Below are positions 10,693-24,800 of a stretch of 64,000 bases of DNA, one piece after another. The translations under genes were made by a program, and so were the position numbers. How positions within the stretch are numbered: the stretch's first letter is position 1; each line of letters begins with the position of its first letter. This DNA is from Balanoglossus misakiensis (taxonomy: Eukaryota > Animalia > Hemichordata): NCBI GenBank assembly GCA_040954595.2, contig CM082591.2:5797009-5861008 (forward strand), given 5' to 3'. Under the pieces are notes generated by a model that saw nothing but the letters and a program-made list of their open reading frames with translations, searched no databases and was not told the origin of the DNA.

Positions 10693-13322
10693 GAAATTTT
10701 GAACTTTTCGCAAAAAAAATCATGGGTTATAGCTCATGAAAGTCATCCATAAATGACAAATTTTCGTCTTTCCGGCAAATCGAAAAATCGTCATTTTTTG
10801 ACAAAAATCATGGGTTATAGCCCATGAAAATCATCCAAAAATGACAAATTTTCGACTTTCCGGCAAATCGGAAAATCCTCATTTTTTGACAAAAATCATT
10901 GGTTATAGCCCATGAAAATCATCCAAAAATTACAAATTTTCGACTTTCCGGCAAATCGAAAAATCGTCATTTTTTGACAAAAATCATGGGTTATAGCCCA
11001 TGAAAATCATCCAAAAATGACAAATTTTCAACTTTCCGGCAAATCGAAAAATCATCATTTTTTGACAAAAATCATGGGTTATAGCCCATGAAAATCATCA
11101 AAAAATGACAAATTTTCGACTTTCCGGCAAATCGAAAAATCGTCATTTTTTGATAAAAATCATGGGTTTTAGCCCATGAAAATCATCCAAAAATGACAAA
11201 TTTTCGACTTTCCGGCAAATCGAAAAATCGTCATTTATTGACAAAAATCATGGGTTATAGCCCATGAAAATCATCCAAAAATGACAAATTTTCGACTTTC
11301 CGGGAATTCGAAAAATCCTCATTTTTTGACAAAAATCATGGGTTATAGCCCATGAAAATCATCCAAAAATGACAAATTTTCGACTTTCCGGCAAATCGAA
11401 AAATCGTCATTTTTTGACAAAAATCATGGGTTATAGCCCATGAAAATCATCCAAAAATGACAAATTTTCGACTTTCCGGCAAATCGAAAAATCGTCATTT
11501 ATTGACAAAAATCATGGGTTATAGCCCATGAAAATCATCCAAAAATGACAAATTTTCGACTTTCCGGCAAATCGAAAAATCGTCATTTTTTGACAAAAAT
11601 CATGGGTTATTATAGCCCATGAAAATCATCAAAAATGACAAATTTTCGAATTTCCGGCAAATCGAAAAATCGTCATTTTTTGACAAAAATCATGGGTTAT
11701 AGCCCATGAAAATCATCAAAAAATGACAAATTTTTGACTTTCCGGCAAATCGAAAAATCGTCATTTATTGACAAAAATCATGAGTTATAGCCCATGAAAA
11801 TTATCCAAAAATGACAAATTTTCGACTTTCCGGCAAATCGAAAAATCGTCATTTTTTGACAAAAATCATGGGTTATAGCCCATGAAAATCATCCAAAAAT
11901 GACAAATTTTCGACTTTCCGGCAAATCGAAAAATCGTCATTTTTTGACAAAAATCATGGGTTATAGCCCATGAAAATCATCCAAAAATGACAAATTTTCG
12001 AATTTCCGGCAAATCGAAAAATCGTCATTTATTGACAAATATCATGGGTTATAGCCCATGAAAATCATCCAAAAATGACAAATTTTCGACTTTCCGGCAA
12101 ATCGAAAAATCGTCATTTTTTGACAAAAATCATGAGTTATAGCCCATGAAAATCATCCAAAAATGACAAATTTTCGACTTTCCGGCAAATCGAAAAATCG
12201 TCATTTATTGACAAAAATCATGGGTTATTATAGCCCATGAAAATCATCAAAAATGACAAATTTTCGAATTTCCGGCAAATCGAAAAATCGTCATTTATTG
12301 ACAAAAATCATGGGTTATAGCCCATGAAAATCATCCAAAAATGACAAATTTTCGACTTTCCGGCAAATCGAAAAATAGTCATTTATTGACAAAAATCATG
12401 GGTTATAGCCCATGAAAATCATCCAAAAATGACAAATTTTGGACTTTCCGGCAAATCGAAAAATCGTCAATTTTTGACAAAAATCATGGGTTATAGCCCA
12501 TGAAAATGATCAACAAATGACAAATTTTCGACTTTCCGGCAAATCGAAAAATCGTCATTTATTGACAAAAATCATGGGTTATTATAGCCCATGAAAATCA
12601 TCAAAAAATGACAAATTTTCGACTTTCCGGCAAATCGAAAAATCGTCATTTATTGACAAAAATCATGGGTTATAGCCCATGAAAATCATCCGAAAATGAC
12701 AAATTTTCGACTTTCCGGCAAATCGAAAAATCGTCATTTATTGACAAATATCATGGGTTATAGCCCATGAAAATCATCCAAAAATGACAAATTTTCGACT
12801 TTCCGGCATATCGAAAAATCGTCATTTATTGACAAAAATCATGGGTAATAGCCCATGAAAATCATCCGAAATAGACAAATTTTCGACTTTCCGGCAAATT
12901 TAAAAATAGTCATTTTTTGACAAAAATCATGGGTTATAGCTCATGAAAATCATTCGAAAATAACAAATTTTCGACTTACCGGCAAATCGAAAAATCATCA
13001 TTTTTTGACAAAAATCATGGGTTATAGCCCATGAAAAACATCCGAAAATGACAAATTTTCGACTTTCCGGCAAATTTAAAAATCGTCATTTTTTAACAAA
13101 AATCATGAGTTATAGCCCTTGAAAATCATCCGAAAATGACAAATTTTTGACTTTCCGGCAAATCGAAAAATCGTCATTTTTTGACAAAACTCATGGGTTA
13201 TAGCCCATGAAAATCATCCGAAAATGACAAATTTTCGACTTTCCGGCAAATCGAAGAAACGTCATTTTTTGACAAAAATCATGGGTTATAGCCCATGAAA
13301 ATCATCCAAAAATGACAAATTT
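10693..13322 (+). repeat. 88-bp satellite, left arm (~30 units)
   Basis: Unit gacaaaaatcatgggttatagcccatgaaaatcatccaaaaatgacaaattttcgactttccggcaaatcgaaaaatcgtcatttttt. Period 88 (e.g. 10811 to 10899). Confidence 0.97.
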
Positions 13323-16300
13323 AAATTTGTCATTTTCGGATGATTTTCATGAGCTATAACCAATGATTTTTGTCAAAAAATGAACATTTTTCGATTTGCC
13401 GGAAAGTCGAAAATTTGTCATTTTCGGATGGTTTTCATGGCCTATAACCCATGATTTTTGTCAATAAATGACGATTTTTCGATTTGCCGGAAAGTCGAAA
13501 ATTTGTCATTTTCGGATGGTTTTCATGGCCTATAACCCATGATTTTTGTCAATAAATGACGATTTTTCGATTTGCCGGAAAGTCGAAAATTTGTCATTTT
13601 TGGATGATTTTCATGGGCTATAACCCATGATTTTTGTCAAAAAATGACGATTTTTAGATTTTCCGGAAAGTCGAAAATTTGTCATTTTTGGATGATTTTC
13701 ATTGGCTATAACCCATGATTTTTGTCAATAAATGACGATTTTTCGATTTGCCGGAAAGTCGAAAATTTGTCATTTTTGGATGATTTTCATGGGCTATAAC
13801 CCATGATTTTGTCAATAAATGACTATTTTTCGATTTGCCGGAAATTCGAAAATTTGTCATTTTTGGATGATTTTCATGGGCTATAACCCATGATTTTTGT
13901 CAAAAAATGACGATTTTTCGATTTGCCGGAAAGTCGAAAATTTGTCATTTTTGGATGATTTTCATGGGCTATAACCCATGATTTTTGTCAATAAATGACG
14001 ATTTTTCGATTTGCCGGAAAGTCTAAAATTTGTCATTTTTTGATGATTTTGATGAGCTATAACCCATGATTTTTGTCAAAAAATGACGATTTTTCGATTT
14101 GCCGGAAAGTCGAAAATTTGTCATTTTTGGATGATTTTCATGGGCTATAACCCATGATTTTTGTCAATAAATGTCGATTTTTCGATTTGCCGGAAAGTCG
14201 AAAATTTCTCATTTTTGGATGATTTTCATGGGCTATAACCCATGATTTTTGTCAAAAAATGACGATTTTTAGATTTTCGGGAAAGTCGAAAATTTGTCAT
14301 TTTTGGATGATTTTCATGGGCTATAACCCATGATTTTTGTCAATAAATGACGATTTTTCGATTTGCCAGAAAGTCGAAAATTTGTCATTTTTGGATGATT
14401 TTCATGGGCTATAACCCATGATTTTTGTCAATAAATGACTATTTTTCGATTTGCCGGAAATTCGAAAATTTGTCATTTTTGGATGATTTTCATGGGCTAT
14501 AACCCATGATTTTTGTCAAAAAATGACGATTTTTCGATTTGCCGGAAAGTCGAAAATTTGTCATTTTTGGATGATTTTCATGGGTTATAACCCATGATTT
14601 TTGTCAATAAATGACGATTTTTCGATTTGCCGGAAAGTCTAAAATTTGTCATTTTTTGATGATTTTCATGAGCTATAACCCATGATTTTTGTCAATAAAT
14701 GACGATTTTTCGATTTGCCGGAAAGTCGAAAATTTGTCATTTTTGGATGATTTTCATGGGCTATAACCCATGATTTTTGTCAATAAATGACGATTTTTCG
14801 ATTTGCCGGAAATTCGAAAATTTGTCATTTTTGGATGATTTTCATGGGCTATAACCCATGATTTTTGTCAAAAAATGACGATTTTTCGATTTGCCAGAAA
14901 GTCGAAAATTTTTCATTTTTGGATGATTTTCATGGGCTATAACCCATGATTTTTGTCAAAAAATGACGATTTTTAGATTTGCCGGAAAGTCGAAAATTTG
15001 TCATTTTTGGATGATTTTCATGGGCTATAACCCATGATTTTTGTCAATAAATGACGATTTTTCGATTTGCCGGAAAGTTAAAAATTTGTCATTTTTGGAT
15101 GATTTTCATGGGCTATAACCCATGATTTTTGTCAATAAATGACTATTTTTCGATTTGCCGGAAATTCGAAAATTTGTCATTTTTGGATGATTTTCATGGG
15201 CTATAACCCATGATTTTTGTCAAAAAATGACGATTTTTCGATTTGCCGGAAAGTCGAAAATTTGTCATTTTTGGATGATTTTCATGGGCTATAACCCATG
15301 ATTTTTGTCAATAAATGACGATTTTTCGATTTGCCGGAAAGTCTAAAATTTGTCATTTTTTGATGATTTTCATGAGCTATAACCCATGATTTTTGTCAAT
15401 AAATGACGATTTTTCGATTTGCCGGAAAGTCGAAAATTTGTCATTTTTGGATGATTTTCATGGGCTATAACCCATGATTTTTGTCAATAAATGACGATTT
15501 TTCGATTTGCCGGAAATTCGAAAATTTGTCATTTTTGGATGATTTTCATGGGCTATAACCCATGATTTTTGTCAAAAAATGACGATTTTTCGATTTGCCA
15601 GAAAGTCGAAAATTTGTCATTTTTGGATGATTTTCATGGGCTATAACCCATGATTTTTGTCAAAAAATGACGATTTTTAGATTTGCCGGAAAGTCGAAAA
15701 TTTGTCATTTTTGGATGATTTTCATGGGCTATAACCCATGATTTTTGTCAATAAATGACGATTTTTCGATTTGCCGGAAAGTTAAAAATTTGTCATTTTT
15801 GGATGATTTTCATGGGCTATAACCCATGATTTTTGTCAAAAAATGACGATTTTTCGATTTGCCGGATAGTCGAAAATTTGTCATTTTTGGATGATTTTCA
15901 TGGGCTATAACCCATGATTTTTGTCAAAAAATGACGATTTTTCGATTTGCCGGAAAGTCGAAAATTTGTCATTTTCGGATGATTTTCATGGGCTATAACC
16001 CATGATTTTTGTCAAAAAATGACGATTTTTAAATTTGCCGGAAAGTCGAAAATTTGTCTATTTCGGATGATTTTCATGGGCTATTACCCATGAGTTTTGT
16101 CAAAAAATGACGATTTTTCGATTTGCCGGAAAGTCGAAAATTTGTCATTTTCGGATGATTGTCATGGGCTATAACCCATGAGTTTTGTCAAAAAATGACG
16201 ATTTTTCGATTTGCCGGAAAGTCGAAAATTTGTCATTTTCGGATGATTTTCATGGGCTATAACCCATGATTTTTGTCAAAAAATGACGATTTTTCGATTT

Positions 16301-19300
16301 GCCGGAAAGTCGAAAATTTGTCATTTTCGGATGATTTTCATGGGCTATAACCCATGATTTTTGTCAAAAAATGACGATTTTTCGATTTGCCGGAAAGTCG
16401 AAAATTTGTCATTTTCGGATGATTTTCATGGGCTATAACCCATGATTTTTGTTAAAAAAAATGACGATTTTTCGATTTGCCGGAAAGTCGAAAATTTGTC
16501 ATTTTCGGATGTTTTTCAAGGGCTATAACCCATGATTTTTGTCAAAAAATGACGATTTTTCGATTTGCCGGAAAGTCGAAAATTTGTCATTTTCGAATGA
16601 TTTTCATGGGCTATAACCCATGATTTTTGTCAAAAAATGACGATTTTTCGATTTGCCGGATAGTCGAAAATTTGTCATTTTTGGATGATTTTCATGGGCT
16701 ATAACCCATGATTTTTGTCAAAAAATGACGATTTTTCGATTTGCCGGAAAGTCGAAAATTTGTCATTTTCGGATGATTTTCATGGGCTATAACCCATGAT
16801 TTTTGTCAAAAAATGACGATTTTTAAATTTGCCGGAAAGTCGAAAATTTGTCTATTTCGGATGATTTTCATGGGCTATTACCCATGAGTTTTGTCAAAAA
16901 ATGACGATTTTTCGATTTGCCGGAAAGTCGAAAATTTGTCATTTTCGGATGATTGTCATGGGCTATAACCCATGAGTTTTGTCAAAAAATGACGATTTTT
17001 CGATTTGCCGGAAAGTCGAAAATTTGTCATTTTCGGATGATTTTCATGGGCTATAACCCATGATTTTTGTCAAAAAATGACGATTTTTCGATTTGCCGGA
17101 AAGTCGAAAATTTGTCATTTTCGGATGATTTTCATGGGCTATAACCCATGATTTTTGTCAAAAAATGACGATTTTTCGATTTGCCGGAAAGTCGAAAATT
17201 TGTCATTTTCGGATGATTTTCATGGGCTATAACCCATGATTTTTGTTAAAAAAAATGACGATTTTTCGATTTGCCGGAAAGTCGAAAATTTGTCATTTTC
17301 GGATGTTTTTCAAGGGCTATAACCCATGATTTTTGTCAAAAAATGACGATTTTTCGATTTGCCGGAAAGTCGAAAATTTGTCATTTTCGAATGATTTTCA
17401 TGGGCTATAACCCATGATTTTTGTCAAAAAATGACTATTTTTCGATTTGCCGGAAAGTCGAAAATTTGTCATTTTCGCATGATTTTCATGGGCTATAACC
17501 CATGATTTTTGTCAAAAAATGACGATTTTTCGATTTGCCGGAAAGTCGAAAATTTGTCATTTTCGGATGATTTTCATGGGCTATAACCCATGATTTTTGT
17601 CAAAAAATGACGATTTTTCGATTTGCCGGAAAGTCGAAAATTTGTCATTTTCGAATGATTTTCATGGGCTATAACCCATGAGTTTTGTCAAAAAATGACG
17701 ATTTTTCGATTTGCCGCAAAGTCGAAAATTTGTCATTTTCGGATGATTTTCATGGGCTATAACCCATGATTTTTGTCAAAAAATGACGATTTTTCGATTT
17801 GCCGGAAAGTCGAAAATTTGTCATTTTCGGATGATTTTCATGGGCTATAACCCATGATTTTTGTTAAAAAAATGACGATTTTTCGATTTGCCGGAAAGTC
17901 GAAAATTTGTCATTTTCGGATGTTTTTCAAGGGCTATAACCCATGATTTTTGTCAAAAAATGACGATTTTTCGATTTGCCGGAAAGTCGAAAATTTGTCA
18001 TTTTCGGATGATTTTCATGGGCTATAACCCATGATTTTTGTCAAAAAATGACGATTTTTCGATTTGCCGGAAAGTCGAAAATTTGTCATTTTCGAATGAT
18101 TTTCATGGGCTATAACCCATGAGTTTTGTCAAAAAATGACGATTTTTCGATTTGCCGGAAAGTCGAAAATTTGTCATTTTCGGATGATTTTCATGGGCTA
18201 TAACCCATGATTTTTGTCAAAAAATGACGATTTTTCGATTTGCCGGAAAGTCGAAAATTTGTCATTTTCGGATGATTTTCATGGGCTATAACCCATGATT
18301 TTTGTTAAAAAAATGACGATTTTTCGATTTGCCGGAAAGTCGAAAATTTGTCATTTTCGGATGTTTTTCAAGGGCTATAACCCATGATTTTTGTCAAAAA
18401 ATGACGATTTTTCGATTTGCCGGAAAGTCGAAAATTTGTCATTTTCGAATGATTTTCATGGGCTATAACCCATGATTTTTGTCAAAAAATGACTATTTTT
18501 CGATTTGCCGGAAAGTCGAAAATTTGTCATTTTCGCATGATTTTCATGGGCTATAACCCATGATTTTTGTCAAAAAATGACGATTTTTCGATTTGCCGGA
18601 AAGTCGAAAATTTGTCATTTTCGGATGATTTTCATGGGCTATAACCCATGATTTTTGTCAAAAAATGACGATTTTTCGATTTGCCGGAAAGTCGAAAATT
18701 TGTCATTTTCGAATGATTTTCATGGGCTATAACCCATGATTTTTGTCAAAAAATGACTATTTTTCGATTTGACGGAAAGTCGAAAATTTGTCATTTTCGA
18801 ATGATTTTCATGGGCTATAACCCATGATTTTTGTCAAAAAATGACGATTTTTCGATTTGCCGGAAAGTAAAAAATTTGTCATTTTTGGATGATTTTCATG
18901 GGCTATAACCCATGATATTTGTCAAAAAATGACGATTTTTCGATTTGCCGGAAAGTAAAAAATTTGTCATTTTTGGATGATTTTCATGGGCTATAACCCA
19001 TGATTTTTGTCAAAAAATGACGATTTTTCGATTTGCCGGAAAGTCGAAAATTTGTCATTTTCGGATGATTTTCATGGGCTATAACCCATGATTTTTGTCA
19101 AAAAATGACGATTTTTAAATTTGCCGGAAAGTCGAAAATTTGTCTATTTCGGATGATTTTCATGGGCTATTACCCATGAGTTTTGTCAAAAAATGACGAT
19201 TTTTCGATTTGCCGGAAAGTCGAAAATTTGTCATTTTCGGATGATTGTCATGGGCTATAACCCATGAGTTTTGTCAAAAAATGACGATTTTTCGATTTGC

Positions 19301-21454
19301 CGGAAAGTCGAAAATTTGTCACTTTCGGATGATTTTCATGGGCTATAACCCATGATTTTTGTCAAAAAATGACGATTTTTCGATTTGCCGGAAAGTCGAA
19401 AATTTGTCACTTTCGGATGATTTTCATGGGCTATAACCCATGATTTTTGTCAAAAAATGACGATTTTTCGATTTGCCGGAAAGTCGAAAATTTGTCATTT
19501 TCGGATGATTTTCATGGGCTATAACCCATGATTTTTGTTAAAAAAATGACGATTTTTCGATTTGCCGGAAAGTCGAAAATTTGTCATTTTCGGATGTTTT
19601 TCAAGGGCTATAACCCATGATTTTTGTCAAAAAATGACGATTTTTCGATTTGCCGGAAAGTCGAAAATTTGTCATTTTCGAATGATTTTCATGGGCTATA
19701 ACCCATGATTTTTGTCAAAAAATGACTATTTTTCGATTTGCCGGAAAGTCGAAAATTTGTCATTTTCGCATGATTTTCATGGGCTATAACCCATGATTTT
19801 TGTCAAAAAATGACGATTTTTCGATTTGCCGGAAAGTCGAAAATTTGTCATTTTCGGATGATTTTCATGGGCTATAACCCATGATTTTTGTCAAAAAATG
19901 ACGATTTTTCGATTTGCCGGAAAGTCGAAAATTTGTCATTTTCGAATGATTTTCATGGGCTATAACCCATGATTTTTGTCAAAAAATGACTATTTTTCGA
20001 TTTGACGGAAAGTCGAAAATTTGTCATTTTCGAATGATTTTCATGGGCTATAACCCATGATTTTTGTCAAAAACTGACGATTTTTCGATTTGCCGGAAAG
20101 TCGAAAATTTGTCATTTTCGGATGATTTTCATGGGCTATAACCCATGATTTTTGTCAAAAACTGACGATTTTTCGATTTGCCGGAAAGTCGAAAATTTGT
20201 CATTTTCGGATGATTTTCATGGGCTATAACCCATGATTTTTGTCAAAAAATGACGATTTTTCGATTTGCCGGAAAGTCGAAAATTTGTCATTTTCGGATG
20301 ATTTTCATGGGCTATAACCCATGATTTTTGTCAAAAAATGACGATTTTTCGATTTGCCGGAAAGTCGAAAATTTGTCATTTTCGGATGATTTTCATGGGC
20401 TATAACCCATGATTTTTGTCAAAAAATGACGATTTTTCGATTTGCCGGAAAGTCGAAAATTTGTCATTTTCGGATGATTTTCATGGGCTATAACCCATGA
20501 TTTTTGTCAAAAAATGACGATTTTTCGATTTGCCGGAAAGTCGAAAATTTGTCATTTTCGGATGATTTTCATGGGCTATAACCCATGATTTTTGTCAAAA
20601 AATGACGATTTTTCGATTTGCCGGAAAGTCGAAAATTTGTCATTTTCGAATGATTTTCATGGGCTATAACCCATGATTTTTGTCAAAAAATGACTATTTT
20701 TCGATTTGACGGAAAGTCGAAAATTTGTCATTTTCGAATGATTTTCATGGGCTATAACCCATGATTTTTGTCAAAAACTGACGATTTTTCGATTTGCCGG
20801 AAAGTCGAAAATTTGTCATTTTCGGATGATTTTCATGGGCTATAACCCATGATTTTTGTCAAAAAATGACGATTTTTCGATTTGCCGGAAAGTCGAAAAT
20901 TTGTCATTTTCGGATGATTTTCATGGGCTATAACCCATGATTTTTGTCAAAAAATGACGATTTTTCGATTTGCCGGAAAGTCGAAAATTTGTCATTTTCG
21001 GATGATTTTCATGGGCTATAACCCATGATTTTTGTCAAAAAATGACGATTTTTCGATTTGCCGGAAAGTCGAAAATTTGTCATTTTCGGATGATTTTCAT
21101 GGGCTATAACCCATGATTTTTGTCAAAAAATGACGATTTTTCGATTTGCCGGAAAGTCGAAAATTTGTCATTTTCGGATGATTTTCATGGGCTATAACCC
21201 ATGATTTTTGTCAAAAAATGACGATTTTTCGATTTGCCGGAAAGTCGAAAATTTGTCATTTTCGGATATTTTTCAAGGGCTATAACCCATGATTTTTTTA
21301 AAAAAATGACGATTTTTCGATTTGCCGGAAAGTCGAAAATTTGTCATTTTCGAATGATTTTCATGGGCTACAACCCATGATTTGTGTCAAAAAATGACGA
21401 AATTTTTAAAATTCGCAAAATCGGAAAATTTTCATTTTTTGATGATTTTCATGA
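13323..21454 (-). repeat. 88-bp satellite, right arm in inverted orientation (~92 units)
   Basis: Reverse complement of the same unit. The orientation switches at aaatgacaaattt|aaatttgtcattt. Confidence 0.97.
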
Positions 21455-21485
21455 GGATATATCCATTCATCCATACATCCATTCA

Positions 21486-21875
<390 letters not shown>

Positions 21876-24800
21876 GTGTTGTAATGCTGCACCGCACCGC
21901 AGCGGTGCAAATAAGAGTTCCCCGCAGCGGTGCGAATAAGAGTTCCCTGCCAGCAACGATCTGACCGTTCTTTATTCACTCCTCGACGACAAGAACGTTT
22001 TATTACGGCCCAAATAACGACTTTTTCGCTCCTTGGTTGGTCATGCGGACGGAAAGACACGGTTTTAGCGAGTTTATCTTTCTCTCTCCTGAGCACTACG
22101 TATTCAGACTTGCCCAAGTGAACCGCGACAAAAAAAATGACCAAGTTTCCCTGCATGTTTCTTATACCCGACAGATAAAAAAACGCAGCGTAGATATTGA
22201 AATGAATTGGATTAATGAAAATGATAAAAATTACAAATGATAATGTCGCTAAAAGTTCTCAAAAAAAAGAAATAGAAAAAAAGTGGTTTCGAACCAACAT
22301 CAGTTGACACCTTCAGGTAAAAGCCTAGCCTTCCTGAACCCTTCGCCATCACGATGTGTACTGGAAACGGTCGGAAATGTACGCACTATATTGCAGCATA
22401 CACTAACTACCATGATCTTATTTGCACCGCAGCGGGCAAATTCTTATTTGCATCGCAGCGGTGCAAATAAGAGTTCCCCGCAGCGGTGCGAATAAGAGTT
22501 CCCTGCCAGCAACGATCTGACCGTTCTTTATTCACTCCTCGACGACAAAAACGTTTTATTACGGCCCAAATAACGACTTTTTTGCTCCTTGGTTGGTCAT
22601 GCGGACGGAAAGATACGGTTTTAGCGAGTTTATCTTTCTCTTTCCTGAGCACTACGTATTCAGACTTGCCCAAGTGAACCGCGACAAAAAAAATGACCAA
22701 GTTTCCCTGCATGTTTCTTATACCCGACAGATAAAAAAACGCAGCGTATATATTGAAATGAATTGGATTAATGAAAATGATATAAATTACAATGATAATG
22801 TCGTTAAAAGTTCTCAAAAAAAAAAAAAATAGAAAAAAAGTGGTCTCGAACCAACATCAGTTGACACCTTCAGGTAAAAGCCTAGCCTTCCTGAACCCTT
22901 CGCCATCACGATGTGTACTGGAAACGGTCGGAAATTTACGCACTATATTGCAGCATACACTAACTACCATGATCTTATTTGCACCGCAGCGGGCAAATTC
23001 TTATTTGCACCGCAGCGGTGCAAATAAGAGTTCCCCGCAGCGGTGCGAATAAGAGTTCCCTGCCAGCAACGATCTGACCGTTCATTATTCACTCCTCGAC
23101 GACAAAAACGTTTTATTACGGCCCAAATAACGACTTTTTCGCTCCTTGGTTGGTCATGCGGACGGAAAGATACGGTTTTAGCGAGTTTATCTTTCTCTTT
23201 CCTGAGCACTACGTATTCAGACTTGCCCAAGTGAACCGCGACAAAAAAATGACCAAGTTTCCCTGCATGTTTCTTATACCCGACAGATAAAAAAACTCAG
23301 CGTAGATATTGAAATGAATTGGATTAATGAAAATGATAAAAATTACAATGATAATGTCGATATAAGTTCTCAAAAAAAAAGAAAAAAAAAAGAAAAAAAA
23401 GTGGTCTCGAACCAACATCATTTGATACCTTCAGGTAAAAGCCTAGCCTTCCTGAACCCTTCGCCATCACGATGTGTACTGGAAACGGTCGGAAATTTAC
23501 GCACTATATTGCAGCATACACTAACTACCATGATCTTATTTGCACCGCAGCGGGCAAATTCTTATTTGCACCGCAGCGGTGCAAATAAGAGTTCCCCGCA
23601 GCGGTGCGAATAAGAGTTCCCTGCCAGCAACGATCTGACCGTTCTTTATTCACTCCTCGACGACAAGAACGTTTTATTACGGCCCAAATAACGACTTTTT
23701 CGCTCCTTGGTTGGTCATGCGGACGGAAAGACACGGTTTTAGCGAGTTTATCTTTCTCTCCCCTGAGCACTACGTATTCAGACTTGCCCAAGTGAACCGC
23801 GACAAAAAAAATGACCAAGTTTCCCTGCATGTTTCTTATACCCGACAGATAAAAAAACGCAGCGTATATATTGAAATGAATTGGATTAATGAAAATGATA
23901 AAAATTACAATGATAATGTCGTTAAAAGTTCTCAAAAAAAAAAAAAATAGAAAAAAAAGTGGTCTCGAACCAACATCAGTTGATACCTTCAGGTAAAAGC
24001 CTAGCCTTCCTGAACCCTTCGCCATCACGATGTGTACTGGAAACGGTCGGAAATTTACGCACTATATTGCAGCATACACTAACTACTATGATCTAATTTG
24101 CACCGCAGCGGGCAAATTCTTATTTGCACCGCAGCGGTGCAAATAAGAGTTCCCCGCAGCGGTGCGAATAAGAGTTCCCTGCCAGCAACGATCTGACCAT
24201 TCTTTATTCACTCCTCGACGACAAGAACGTTTTATTACGGCCCAAATAACGACTTTTTCGCTCCTTGGTTGGTCATGCGGACGGAAAGACACGGTTTTAG
24301 CGAGTTTATCTTTCTCTCTCCTGAGCACTACGTATTCAGACTTGCCCAAGTGAACCGCCACAAAAAAATGACCAAGTTTCCCTGCATGTTTCTTATACCC
24401 GACAGATAAAAAAACGCAGCGTAGATATTGAAATGAATTGGATTTATGAAAATGATAAAAATTACAAATGATAATGTCGCTAAAAGTTCTCAAAAAAAAA
24501 GAAATAGAAAAAAAGTGGTCTCGAACCAACATCAGTTGACACCTTCAGGTAAAAGCCTAGCCTTCCTGAACCCTTCGCCATCACGATGTGTACTGGAAAC
24601 GGTCGGAAATTTACGCACTATATTGCAGCATACACTAACTACCATGATCTTATTTGCACCGCAGCGGGCAAATTCTTATTTGCACCGCAGCGGTGCAAAT
24701 AAGAGTTCCCCGCAGCGGTGCGAATAAGAGTTCCCTGCCAGCAACGATCTGACCGTTCTTTATTCACTCCTCGACGACAAAAACGTTTTATTACGGCCCA

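Noticed and set aside
10693-21454. CRISPR-like array of palindromic repeats
   Set aside because: There are no unique spacers and no cas genes, and the context is eukaryotic. It is a homogeneous satellite.
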